DNA of 64,000 nucleotides from an uncultured delta proteobacterium (GTDB lineage Bacteria; Desulfobacterota; Binatia; Binatales; Binataceae): NCBI GenBank assembly GCA_963747115.1, contig CAVVEB010000019.1, positions 76,704 to 140,703 of the forward strand, read 5' to 3'. Shown piece by piece: positions 56,173 to 64,000 of this stretch (position 1 is its first letter; each line of letters starts with the position of its first letter). The notes under the pieces were generated by a model. It saw only the letters and a program-made list of their open reading frames with translations, ran no database searches and was not told where the DNA came from. The position numbers and the translations under genes were made by a program.

Positions 56173-57738
56173 ATGGATAGTCCCAACCGCAACCTCCCCT
56201 ATCGATTGATCTACGAACTCGGCAACGCCTTCGCCAGCCGGCTGGAACTCGACGAACTGATCGGACTGGTCGTTCGCAAGTCCCGGGAAGCGCTCGATGC
56301 CGAGGGGGTGTCGGTGCTGTTGCTCGACGAAGAACGTGATGAGTTTTACTTTCCGTATTTTTCCGATCTTGACCCCGAGGTCGCGCAGCGGCTGCGCCAG
56401 CTTCATTTTCCGGCTTCCAAGGGAGTCGCCGGCGCCGTTCTGCGCACCGGGCGTTCCGCAAAAGTGGACCGTGCGGCCGACGACCCGCACTTCTATTCGG
56501 AGATCGATCGGCGCACCGGCTTTCAGACCAAAGCGGTTATGGCAGCATTGCTGATCGCAAATGAGACCCGGCTCGGAGTGATCGAGGCGGTCAATCCCAT
56601 CGGGCGCGACAATTTCACCGACGATCACCTCGCCCTGTTGGAGGCCCTCGCTCATAGTGTCGCACTGGCGGTCTACAATGCCCACAAGGTAGACCGGCTG
56701 AAGGCATCAGCGGAAAAACTGCGCATCGAAGTTGACGCTCTGCGCCGGGATTTGGCGCGCCACGATTTTTCCGCCGAGGTTATCGGTGCGACACCCGAGA
56801 TGGCGCAAGTTTTTCATCTGATGAACAGCGCGGCCGCATCGTCAATCTCGGTTTTGCTCGAGGGTGAAACCGGTACGGGCAAGGAGTTGATCGCGCGTAC
56901 GATTCATCGGATGAGCGCGCGGGCCGACAAGCCGTTCCTCGCGGTCAATTGTGCGGCGCTCTCCGAGCAGTTGCTGGAAAGTGAACTGTTTGGACATCGG
57001 CGCGGAGCTTTCACGGGCGCCACCCACGACCAGCCCGGGTTGTTTCGCGCGGCCCACGGCGGCGTCATCTTCCTCGACGAGATCGGTGAGATGCCTCTGG
57101 GAATGCAGCCGACGCTGCTGCGGGTGCTGCAGGACGGCGAGATCATGTCGATTGGCGACACCCGTCCCGAGCGCGTCGACGTAAGGGTCTTCTCGGCGAC
57201 TAACCGCGACCTCAAGGCTGCGGTTGCGACGGGCGCGTTCCGCGCCGATCTCTACTATCGGCTGGCGGCGTTTCCGATCCGGCTGCCGCTGCTGCGCTCG
57301 CGCCAGCGCGATATTCCGCTGCTTGCCGCGCGCTTTCTTTCTCTCGCCAGCGCCCGCCACCAGAAGGACATTCGTGAATTCGATCCCGCCGCGCTCGAAT
57401 TGCTTCAGCGTTACGATTGGCCGGGTAACATTCGCGAGCTCCAGAACGAAATCGAGCGGGCAATCGTACTCACTCCCAGCGGGGAGAGCATCAAGGCCGC
57501 CCAGCTCTCTGACGAAGTGCGCGCCGCGGCGGCTGCTGCGAATTCGCAGCCTCGCGATGAGCGCGGAACCGGCTCCGACGAATCACCTACCCTGCGTGAA
57601 GCGCGATCGTCTTTTGAGGCCCGCTTCATCGCGAGCACGCTCGCGCGCAACGGCGGCAATGTATCGCGCTCAGCCGAGATGCTGGGGCTTTCGCGGATCC
57701 AGCTTCAGCGCAAGATGAAGGATTACGGCCTCCGTTAA
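56173..57738 (+). CDS. sigma-54-dependent transcriptional activator (GAF - AAA+ - Fis-type HTH)
   Basis: The N-terminal ~170 aa are GAF-like. AAA+ core with Walker A (GETGTGKEL), GAFTGA loop (ESELFGHRRGAFTGA), Walker B (GGVIFLDEIGEM), RVFSATNRDL and NIRELQN. C-terminal NVSRSAEMLGLSRIQLQRKMK HTH. Confidence 0.9.
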   Translation: MDSPNRNLPYRLIYELGNAFASRLELDELIGLVVRKSREALDAEGVSVLLLDEERDEFYFPYFSDLDPEVAQRLRQLHFPASKGVAGAVLRTGRSAKVDRAADDPHFYSEIDRRTGFQTKAVMAALLIANETRLGVIEAVNPIGRDNFTDDHLALLEALAHSVALAVYNAHKVDRLKASAEKLRIEVDALRRDLARHDFSAEVIGATPEMAQVFHLMNSAAASSISVLLEGETGTGKELIARTIHRMSARADKPFLAVNCAALSEQLLESELFGHRRGAFTGATHDQPGLFRAAHGGVIFLDEIGEMPLGMQPTLLRVLQDGEIMSIGDTRPERVDVRVFSATNRDLKAAVATGAFRADLYYRLAAFPIRLPLLRSRQRDIPLLAARFLSLASARHQKDIREFDPAALELLQRYDWPGNIRELQNEIERAIVLTPSGESIKAAQLSDEVRAAAAAANSQPRDERGTGSDESPTLREARSSFEARFIASTLARNGGNVSRSAEMLGLSRIQLQRKMKDYGLR

Positions 57739-57843
57739 GATCGCATCGTCCGGCATCCGACGCCATCCGCCATTTGGAATCGCCTTTTGAGACTTCACGG
57801 GGCCGCCCTTTTCGTGATGAAAAAGAGCGTCCCCGGAAACTTG

Positions 57844-60800
57844 TTATGGAAGCGCCACGAAGCGCACGATGCCTTCCGTCACCAGATTGGACCCGTCGGC
57901 CGCAACCATATGCACGCTGCCATTCATGCCGTTATCGCGCGGCGCCGCCAGTAACGCATTGATATCGACGATCGCCAGGAACGTCGGCTTGCCTCCCCCC
58001 GGACTGTTCATCATCACACCGAACGGACGATTGGTCATCGGACTTACGTACGTGGCCAGTCCGCTCGGTTGACCCCATCCGGTCCACGCCACGCCATTGG
58101 GATCGTTCGGCATATTCGCACCGACATAATCCACGATCGCGGGCGTGCCGGTACCGGAGGTCGAAGGTAACTGCAGCGCGCCGAAGGCGGTACTACCACC
58201 CGCAACAATCGCTACATGGTTGTTGGACTCGACGCTGATGGGATCGATTCCGTTCAGGCCGATGCCGACTATCGATTCGATATTTTTTCCCGTCGTGTCC
58301 CAGGTGTTATTGGTCGAGCCGCTGCCAAGAGTGAAGCTGGCCTGCGACATATCGAACAGAGCGATGTCGTTCGGCGGATTGCTGAAGCATGATGACGGCG
58401 TGTGGAATGTCACGTACGCGATATTGGTCGAGGTATCGATGGCAGTGGTGTCGGGCAGCACGTCGTTGAAGACGGGCCCATCACTGTTGGTAGTACAAGT
58501 CCTCAAGCTCGACTTAAAGAAGGCCTGATCGTTCGCCAGATCGTAAAGCACCGGAACTGCCGGCGTCGAGATATCGATAACCTGAAAATGCGGCGGGCTG
58601 GACATAAAGTTCATGGTGGGATCGGCGTCGTAGTTTGCCGACAGGATTTTGTGATGAACCAGATCGTACCCGAAACCGATCCCAATCGGCTCATTCACGC
58701 CCGCGTTGTTGGTGGTTGAAATAACGGGGTTAAACGACCCGTCTGCGAGATTGATCGACAGATATCCACTACCGCTCCCGATGATGCCGATGTTCAGCAT
58801 GTTATCGACCAGGGCGCCGCAGTTCACGCAATCACCGCCGGTATAGTTGTTAGAGACAACCGGAGAGGGCGGGGTGACAATCTGCACCGGACTACTGTTG
58901 GCGGGAATCAAATCGACGGTTCCCTCTTGTCCTGCGCAAACCACCTCGCCCGATGTAGCCGGAGTGCAGGAAAGCACGCGGTCGGTCGCGATAACGACCG
59001 GGCTCGGTAGTGGACTGGCGCCGTTTTCGATTACCACCTGGGCGGTTGTGGTCGTGCCGTTGCCGTCGCTGCCGTACGGCACATATGCGGTCACCGTGTG
59101 TCCCGCGATGATTATTCCGGGAGCATTTGCCGAGTTCTTGTTGGTCGTGCCGGGACCCTGAGTCGGGGTTGCCGTCGGTGTTAGCGTGGCAGTTGCGGTT
59201 GCCGTGGCGGTACGGGTCGGCGTTGCGGTTGCGGTTGAGGTCGCCGTGGGTGTTGCTGTCGCCGTTGCGGTTCTGGTCGCGGTCGCAGTGGCAGTTTGAG
59301 TCGCCGTGGCCGTTGCGGTCGCGGTAGCGGTCGCCGTGGGTGTTGCTGTCGCCGTTGCGGTTCTGGTCGCGGTCGCAGTGGCAGTTTGAGTCGCCGTGGC
59401 CGTTGCGGTCGCGGTAGCGGTCACCGTGGGTGTTGCTGTCGCCGTCGCCGTCGAAGTTGCTGTCGCCGTTAGCGTGGCAGTTGCAGTTGCCGTGGCGGTA
59501 CGGGTGGGCGTCGCGGTTGCGGTCGCCGTGGGTGTTGCTGTCGCCGTCGCCGTCGAAGTTGCTGTCGCCGTTAGCGTGGCAGTCGCGGTTGCCGTGGCGG
59601 TACGGGTCGGCGTTGCCGTCGGGGTTGAAGTCGCAGTGGCTGTGGCTGTCACGGTCGGTGTCGCAGTTGCGGTTCGAGTCGCTGTGGCCGTTGCGGTCGT
59701 GGTAGCAGTCACCGTCGGTGTCGTTGTTGCAGTTGCGGTCTGAGTCGCCGTCGCGGTTGCAGTCACCGTGGGTGTTGCGGTTGCGGTCGCCGTTTGCGTC
59801 GCAGTGGGCGTCGCAGTTGCTGTAGCCGTCGCGGTCGGTGTCGTTGTTGCAGTTGCGGTCTGAGTCGCCGTCGCGGTTGCAGTCACCGTGGGTGTTGCGG
59901 TTGCGGTCGCCGTTTGCGTCGCAGTGGGCGTCGCAGTCGCTGTAGCCGTCACGGTCGGTGTCGTTGTTGCAGTTGCGGTCTGAGTCGCCGTCGCGGTTGC
60001 GGTCGCCGTGGGTGTTGTCGTTGCGATCGCGGTGGCAGTTTGAGTCGCCGTGGCCGTCGGAGTTGCGGTCGCGGTAGCCGTGGTCGTTGAAGTCGCAGTG
60101 GCTGTGGCTGTCACAGTCGGTGTCGCAGTTGCGGTTTGTGTCGCTGTCGCAGTTGCGGTCACCGTCGGTGTTGCCGTTGCGGTCGCCGTGGCAGTTTGAG
60201 TCGCAGTGGCCGTCGGAGTTGCGGTCGCGGTAGCCGTGGTCGTTGAAGTCGCAGTGGCTGTCGCGGTCGGTGTCGCTGTCGCAGTTGCAGTCACCGTGGG
60301 TGTTGCCGTTGCGGTCGACGTGGCAGTTTGAGTCGCGGTGGCCGTCGGAGTTGCAGTCGCGGTAGCCGTGGTCGTTACAGTCGCAGTCGCTGTAGCCGTC
60401 GCGGTCGGTGTCGCGGTCGCAGTTGCAGTCACCGTGGGTGTTGCCGTTGCGGTCGCCGTGGCAGTTTGAGTCGCGGTGGCCGTCGGAGTTGCGGTCGCGG
60501 TAGCTGTGGTCGTTGAAGTCGCAGTGGCTGTGGCTGTCACGGTCGGTGTCACGGTCGCAGTTGCGGTCACCGTAGGTGTTGCCGTTGCGGTCGCCGTGGC
60601 AGTTTGAGTCGGCGTTGCCGTCGGAGTTGCGGTCGCGGTAGCTGTGGTCGTTGAAGTCGCAGTGGCTGTGGCTGTCACGGTCGGTGTCACGGTCGCGGTT
60701 GCAGTCACCGTGGGTGTTGCCGTTGCGGTCGCGGTGGCCGTTTGAGTCGCGGTGGCCGTCGGGGTCGCAGTCGCGGTAGCCGTAGCCGTAGCAGTGGGCG

Positions 60801-61311
60801 TCGCCGTGGCAGTCGGCGTCGGCGGAATGGTCCCCTTGGCCGAGCCGGCAAGGTGGACGTTATGGAATGTGCGTCCCCTGGTAGCGCCAGCAGTGACAAG
60901 AACCGTGGCCCGCACCTTTGGATCGCCTAACGGCCGATAGGTGACTTTGATAGTCGCGGTTCCGCGCGGAGCAATCGAAGGCAAGCTACCAGTGGGGGTG
61001 ACCTGGAACGATCCAGCTCCAGTTCCGGACGGAGGGTTGACCATTAGATCCGTGAGGGGAGCCGTACCGGTATTCACGATGTTGAAACTTTTGGATTCCG
61101 ATGAAGGTCCCGGTGGAAACTTAAGCCTGAAGGCCAGCGCGTCGTGCTGGATCACCATCCGGCTGAAGATCTTACGGGCTTGGCTGTCTGCGTTGTCAGC
61201 ATTTTGCGAGCTCGGCGCTTGCGCGAAGGCGTTGCTCGCAAGGCCGAAAGCCAGCGTGAAAGTAACCAGGCGATATATGAGGACGGACGAACGAGGGCCG
61301 GAGGTCCTCAT
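57844..61311 (-). CDS. large secreted protein: ~150-aa N-module, ~560-aa Thr-Ala-Pro tract, ~420-aa C-terminal domain of unknown family
   Basis: GGAG lies 9 nt before ATG 61311, with signal peptide ...LVTFTLAFGLASNAFA. The N-module ends in [16 protein letters not shown]. There is an uninterrupted 1155-aa frame through the repeat tract. Confidence 0.85.
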   Translation of the reverse strand: MRTSGPRSSVLIYRLVTFTLAFGLASNAFAQAPSSQNADNADSQARKIFSRMVIQHDALAFRLKFPPGPSSESKSFNIVNTGTAPLTDLMVNPPSGTGAGSFQVTPTGSLPSIAPRGTATIKVTYRPLGDPKVRATVLVTAGATRGRTFHNVHLAGSAKGTIPPTPTATATPTATATATATATPTATATQTATATATATPTVTATATVTPTVTATATATSTTTATATATPTATPTQTATATATATPTVTATATVTPTVTATATATSTTTATATATPTATATQTATATATATPTVTATATATPTATATATATVTTTATATATPTATATQTATSTATATPTVTATATATPTATATATSTTTATATATPTATATQTATATATATPTVTATATATQTATATPTVTATATATSTTTATATATPTATATQTATAIATTTPTATATATATQTATATTTPTVTATATATPTATQTATATATPTVTATATATQTATATTTPTATATATATPTATQTATATATPTVTATATATQTATATTTPTVTATTTATATATRTATATPTVTATATATSTPTATPTRTATATATATLTATATSTATATATPTATATATPTRTATATATATLTATATSTATATATPTVTATATATATATQTATATATRTATATATPTATATATATATATQTATATATRTATATATPTATSTATATPTRTATATATATLTPTATPTQGPGTTNKNSANAPGIIIAGHTVTAYVPYGSDGNGTTTTAQVVIENGASPLPSPVVIATDRVLSCTPATSGEVVCAGQEGTVDLIPANSSPVQIVTPPSPVVSNNYTGGDCVNCGALVDNMLNIGIIGSGSGYLSINLADGSFNPVISTTNNAGVNEPIGIGFGYDLVHHKILSANYDADPTMNFMSSPPHFQVIDISTPAVPVLYDLANDQAFFKSSLRTCTTNSDGPVFNDVLPDTTAIDTSTNIAYVTFHTPSSCFSNPPNDIALFDMSQASFTLGSGSTNNTWDTTGKNIESIVGIGLNGIDPISVESNNHVAIVAGGSTAFGALQLPSTSGTGTPAIVDYVGANMPNDPNGVAWTGWGQPSGLATYVSPMTNRPFGVMMNSPGGGKPTFLAIVDINALLAAPRDNGMNGSVHMVAADGSNLVTEGIVRFVALP
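59160..60835 (-). repeat. coding Thr/Ala/Pro low-complexity tract with nested higher-order tandem repeats
   Basis: Perfect 90-nt duplication 59241-59330 / 59331-59420. A 102-nt unit at 59421 and 59523. A 120-nt unit at 59761-59880 / 59881-60000 with about 2 mismatches. All periods are multiples of 6. Confidence 0.9.
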
Positions 61312-61543
61312 ACTTCAAACTCCGTAACTAACAGGCGAACAATTCAACCGCGAAGTCGGACGCGTTTCGATTTTTGGCGCCGAGAAACGAGTTGGACGAT
61401 ATCTCGGCGCAAGTAGCTGCTAAAATCAGACTGGCATGTCTACCATCTTAAGATAATTTACACAAGGTAAAGCGCTTTTAGACGGCTTACCAATGATTGC
61501 ACAGCTTCGACGGTCAAATTACCGCTCGGAAATTGAAAACGCA

Positions 61544-61572
61544 TTGATTGACGTTCATTAAACGTCAATCAA
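61544..61572. promoter_or_regulatory. perfect 12-bp-arm palindrome between the two Thr/Ala-repeat genes (operator or terminator)
   Basis: TTGATTGACGTT-catta-AACGTCAATCAA. On the minus strand it is followed by a T-containing stretch (tgcgttttcaattt). Confidence 0.3.
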
Positions 61573-61759
61573 CTCGCTGATACATGGTGTTTTTTCACTG
61601 CGGGGATTGAGCCGCGCTACGCGCGAAATACCGCCGCGGAACCATCTCACCGATCATCCGGTTTGGCGAGGCAGGCCGATCAGATCGCGGCCCGGTAAAG
61701 TTGATCCGATCGCGCAGACTATTGCCAGAACTCGCGAATGAGAAGCGCTGGATAACTTG

Positions 61760-64000
61760 CTACGGAAGTGGCACGAAGCGCACGATGCCTTCGGTCACCA
61801 AGTTGATCCCGTCGGCCGCCACCATGTGCACGCTGCCATTCATGCCGTTGTCGCGCGGCGCCGCGAGTAACGCCTCGATGTCGACGATCGCCAAGAATGT
61901 CGGCTTGCCTCCGGCGGGGCTATTCAGCATTACGCCATACGGGCGATAGGTGTTCGGACTTACATACGTGGCCAGTCCGCTCGGTTGACTCCATCCGGTC
62001 CACGCCACGCCGGTGGGATCGTTCGGCATATTCGCACCGACATAGTCCACGATCGCGGGTGTACCGCTGCCCGAAGTCGAGGGCAGCTGCAACGCGCCGA
62101 AGGCGGTACTTCCGCCCGCAACCATGGCGACATGGTTGTTGGGCTCAACGCTAATGGGATCGATTCCGTTAACGCCGAGATCCGCCAGCGATTGGATATT
62201 TTTCCCCGCCGTGTCCCAGCTGTTGTTGGTCGAGCCGCTGCCGAGAGTGAAAGTGGCCTGCGACATATCGAACAGGGCGATATCGTTCGGCGGATTGTTG
62301 AAGCACGACGACGGCGTATGGAATGTCACGTACGCGATATCGGTCGACGTATCGATGGCAGTGACTTCCGGCAGCACATCGTTGAAGACGGGCCCGTTGC
62401 TGTCGGTGGCGCAGGTTCTCGAGCTCGATACAAAGAAGGCCTGATCGTTCGCCAGATCGTAAAGCACCGGGGTTGCCGGCGTCGAGATATCGATGACCTG
62501 GAAATGCGGCGGGCTCGACGCGAAATTCATCGCCACGTTTACATCGTAATTGGCTGACAGGATTTTGTGATGGACCACATCGTAGCCGAAGTCCACTCCC
62601 ACCGGCTCATTCTCGCCCGCGTTGTTTGTGGTTGAAATGATCGGGTTAAACGACCCATCTGCGAGATTCAGCGATAGATACCCGTTACCGTTTGCGATGA
62701 TGCCGAGGCCCAGCATGTCATCGACGAGCGCACCGCAGTTTACACAATCGCCGCCGGCATATTCGTTAACCGTGAACGGAGTGGATGGCGTAACAATCTG
62801 CACCGGACTCCCGTCGGCGGGAATCAAATCGACGGTGCCGCCCTGTCCTGCGCAAACCGTCTCGCCTGATTCAGCCGGAGTGCAGGAGAGCACGCGGTCG
62901 GTCGCGATAAGTGCGGGACTGGGGAGTGGACTCGCGCCGTTTTCAATTACCACCTGAGCGGCGGTGGTCGTAGCGTTACTGATACTGCCATACGGCACAT
63001 ATGCAGTCACGGTCTTTCCCGTGATGATTATTCCGGGAGCATTCGCCGAGTTCTTGCTGATCGCGCCCGAACCCTGAGCAGTCGCCGTCGCAGTCGGGGT
63101 TGCGCTGTTGGTCGCAGTTGGCGTCGTGGTGGTGGTGCTGGTCGCCGTAGTGGTTGCGGTCGGCGTGAGCGTGACGGTCGCGGTTGCCGTGGCTGTCGGC
63201 GTTGCGGTCGCGGTGGCAGTTGCGGTCGCAGTCCGGGTTGCGGTGCTGGTCGCCGTAGTGGTTGCGGTCGGCGTGAGCGTGACGGTCGCGGTTGCTGTGG
63301 CTGTCGGTGTTGCGGTAGCGGTCGCCGTGGGAGTGCTAGTCGAAGTTGCCGTTGCGGTCGGCGTTAGCGTGGCAGTCGCGGTTGCCGTGGCTGTCGGTGT
63401 CGCGGTAGCGGTCGCCGTGGGAGTGCTAGTCGAAGTTGTCGTTGCAGTCGCAGTCGCGGTGGTGGTTGCAGTCGCCGTCGGAGTGCCGCCCATTCCCGTG
63501 GGCATCCCGGTCGGAGTCGAAGTCGGGGTTGCAGTCGCGGTCACCGTCGGTGTCGCGGTCGCTGTTGCGGTTTGAGTCTCTGTAGCCGTTGCGGTTGGCG
63601 TCGATGTTGCGGTTGCAGTCGGGGTGACAGTGGGGGTCGCTGTTGCAGTCGTGGTCGGCGTCGCTGTTCTTGTCGCGGTAGCTGTGATGGTCGCCGTTGC
63701 GGTCGGCGTAGATGTTGCGGTAGGCGTCGCAGTTGCGGTTCTGGTCGCGCTCGAGGTCGGAGTGCCGGTCGAAGTTGCCGTCGCGGTTGGCGTAGGAGTT
63801 GCTGTGGGTGTCGCGGTCGCGGTAGGTGTCGGTGGAATGGTCCCCTTAGCCACGCCGACAAGGTGGACGTTATCTAATGTGCGTCCTCTGGTAGCGTCAG
63901 CGGTAACCGGAACCATAGCCACCACTCTTCCGTTGCTTAACGGCCGATAGGTGACGCTGACAGTCGCGGTTCCGCGCGGGCCAATCGGAGGCAGGCTGCC
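61760..64000 (-). CDS. paralog of 57844..61311 (N-terminus beyond window end)
   Basis: The frame stays open from 63925 to nt 64000 ([33 protein letters not shown]... matches the N-module of the paralog). It has a ~250-aa Thr/Ala/Pro tract, and its C-terminal domain is highly similar to the paralog's by eye. Confidence 0.85.
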   Translation of the reverse strand, partial: GSLPPIGPRGTATVSVTYRPLSNGRVVAMVPVTADATRGRTLDNVHLVGVAKGTIPPTPTATATPTATPTPTATATSTGTPTSSATRTATATPTATSTPTATATITATATRTATPTTTATATPTVTPTATATSTPTATATETQTATATATPTVTATATPTSTPTGMPTGMGGTPTATATTTATATATTTSTSTPTATATATPTATATATATLTPTATATSTSTPTATATATPTATATATVTLTPTATTTATSTATRTATATATATATPTATATATVTLTPTATTTATSTTTTTPTATNSATPTATATAQGSGAISKNSANAPGIIITGKTVTAYVPYGSISNATTTAAQVVIENGASPLPSPALIATDRVLSCTPAESGETVCAGQGGTVDLIPADGSPVQIVTPSTPFTVNEYAGGDCVNCGALVDDMLGLGIIANGNGYLSLNLADGSFNPIISTTNNAGENEPVGVDFGYDVVHHKILSANYDVNVAMNFASSPPHFQVIDISTPATPVLYDLANDQAFFVSSSRTCATDSNGPVFNDVLPEVTAIDTSTDIAYVTFHTPSSCFNNPPNDIALFDMSQATFTLGSGSTNNSWDTAGKNIQSLADLGVNGIDPISVEPNNHVAMVAGGSTAFGALQLPSTSGSGTPAIVDYVGANMPNDPTGVAWTGWSQPSGLATYVSPNTYRPYGVMLNSPAGGKPTFLAIVDIEALLAAPRDNGMNGSVHMVAADGINLVTEGIVRFVPLP
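63078..63835 (-). repeat. coding Thr/Ala/Pro low-complexity tract with a 108-nt higher-order repeat
   Basis: ggtgctggtcgccgtagtggttgcggtcggcgtgagcgtgacggtcgcggttgc occurs at 63134 and 63242, a period of 108 nt (36 aa). Confidence 0.85.

Noticed and set aside
1-64000. Search for tRNA, rRNA, integrase/transposase/reverse-transcriptase genes, toxin-antitoxin pairs or known defence-system genes.
   Set aside because: I found no T-loop (GTTCGAATC-like) or cloverleaf candidates in the intergenic regions, and no ORF with recombinase, RT or defence motifs. The only nuclease-type genes are the two GIY-YIG copies described above.

Overview
High-GC bacterial chromosomal window. I saw no rRNA, tRNA or CRISPR. 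The source may be an Acidobacteria-like soil bacterium, judged only from the repeat family and the EPS gene set, so confidence in that is low. Most of the window is a large surface-polysaccharide (EPS) locus and its accessory flanks. (1) 1-9.99 kb: a 5'-truncated FkbH-like gene plus an ACP gene, then a visibly lower-GC eight-gene cassette. The cassette holds a GH4-family enzyme, DegT aminotransferase, Gfo/Idh/MocA oxidoreductase, NUDIX hydrolase, DHQS-like sugar-phosphate cyclase, GNAT, cupin and ROK kinase. It is bracketed by the ACP gene and a decayed direct-repeat copy of the FkbH/ACP junction. (2) 10-15 kb: two tandem secreted parallel beta-helix paralogs and a glycosidase-like gene. (3) 15.3-41.9 kb: the EPS core. 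It has a priming polyprenyl-phosphate sugar transferase, three or four methyltransferases, two tandem sulfotransferases, an SGNH hydrolase and a carbamoyltransferase flanked by two small membrane ORFs. It also has GT2/GT4 glycosyltransferases, a Wzy/O-antigen-ligase-like protein, a Wzc-type tyrosine autokinase, a beta-barrel OMP, Wza-like export protein, Crp/Fnr regulator, AlkP-family enzyme and FemAB-like acyltransferase. Many genes are coupled by ATGA overlaps. I saw no Wzx flippase, ABC exporter or exosortase. (4) 44.6-46.9 kb: a nested repeat region with a tandemly duplicated module, each copy carrying an identical GIY-YIG gene flanked by ~117-bp inverted repeats. (5) 47.2-55.4 kb: three genes carry eight single-nucleotide frame disruptions between them (Kelch lipoprotein, glycosidase-like paralog, chimeric Thr/Ala-repeat-Kelch protein), around an intact second Crp/Fnr gene. 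(6) 55.7-64 kb: a GAF-sigma54 enhancer-binding protein and two very large secreted paralogs with 250-560-residue Thr-Ala-Pro low-complexity tracts. All product calls rest on motifs read by eye. No database search was run.
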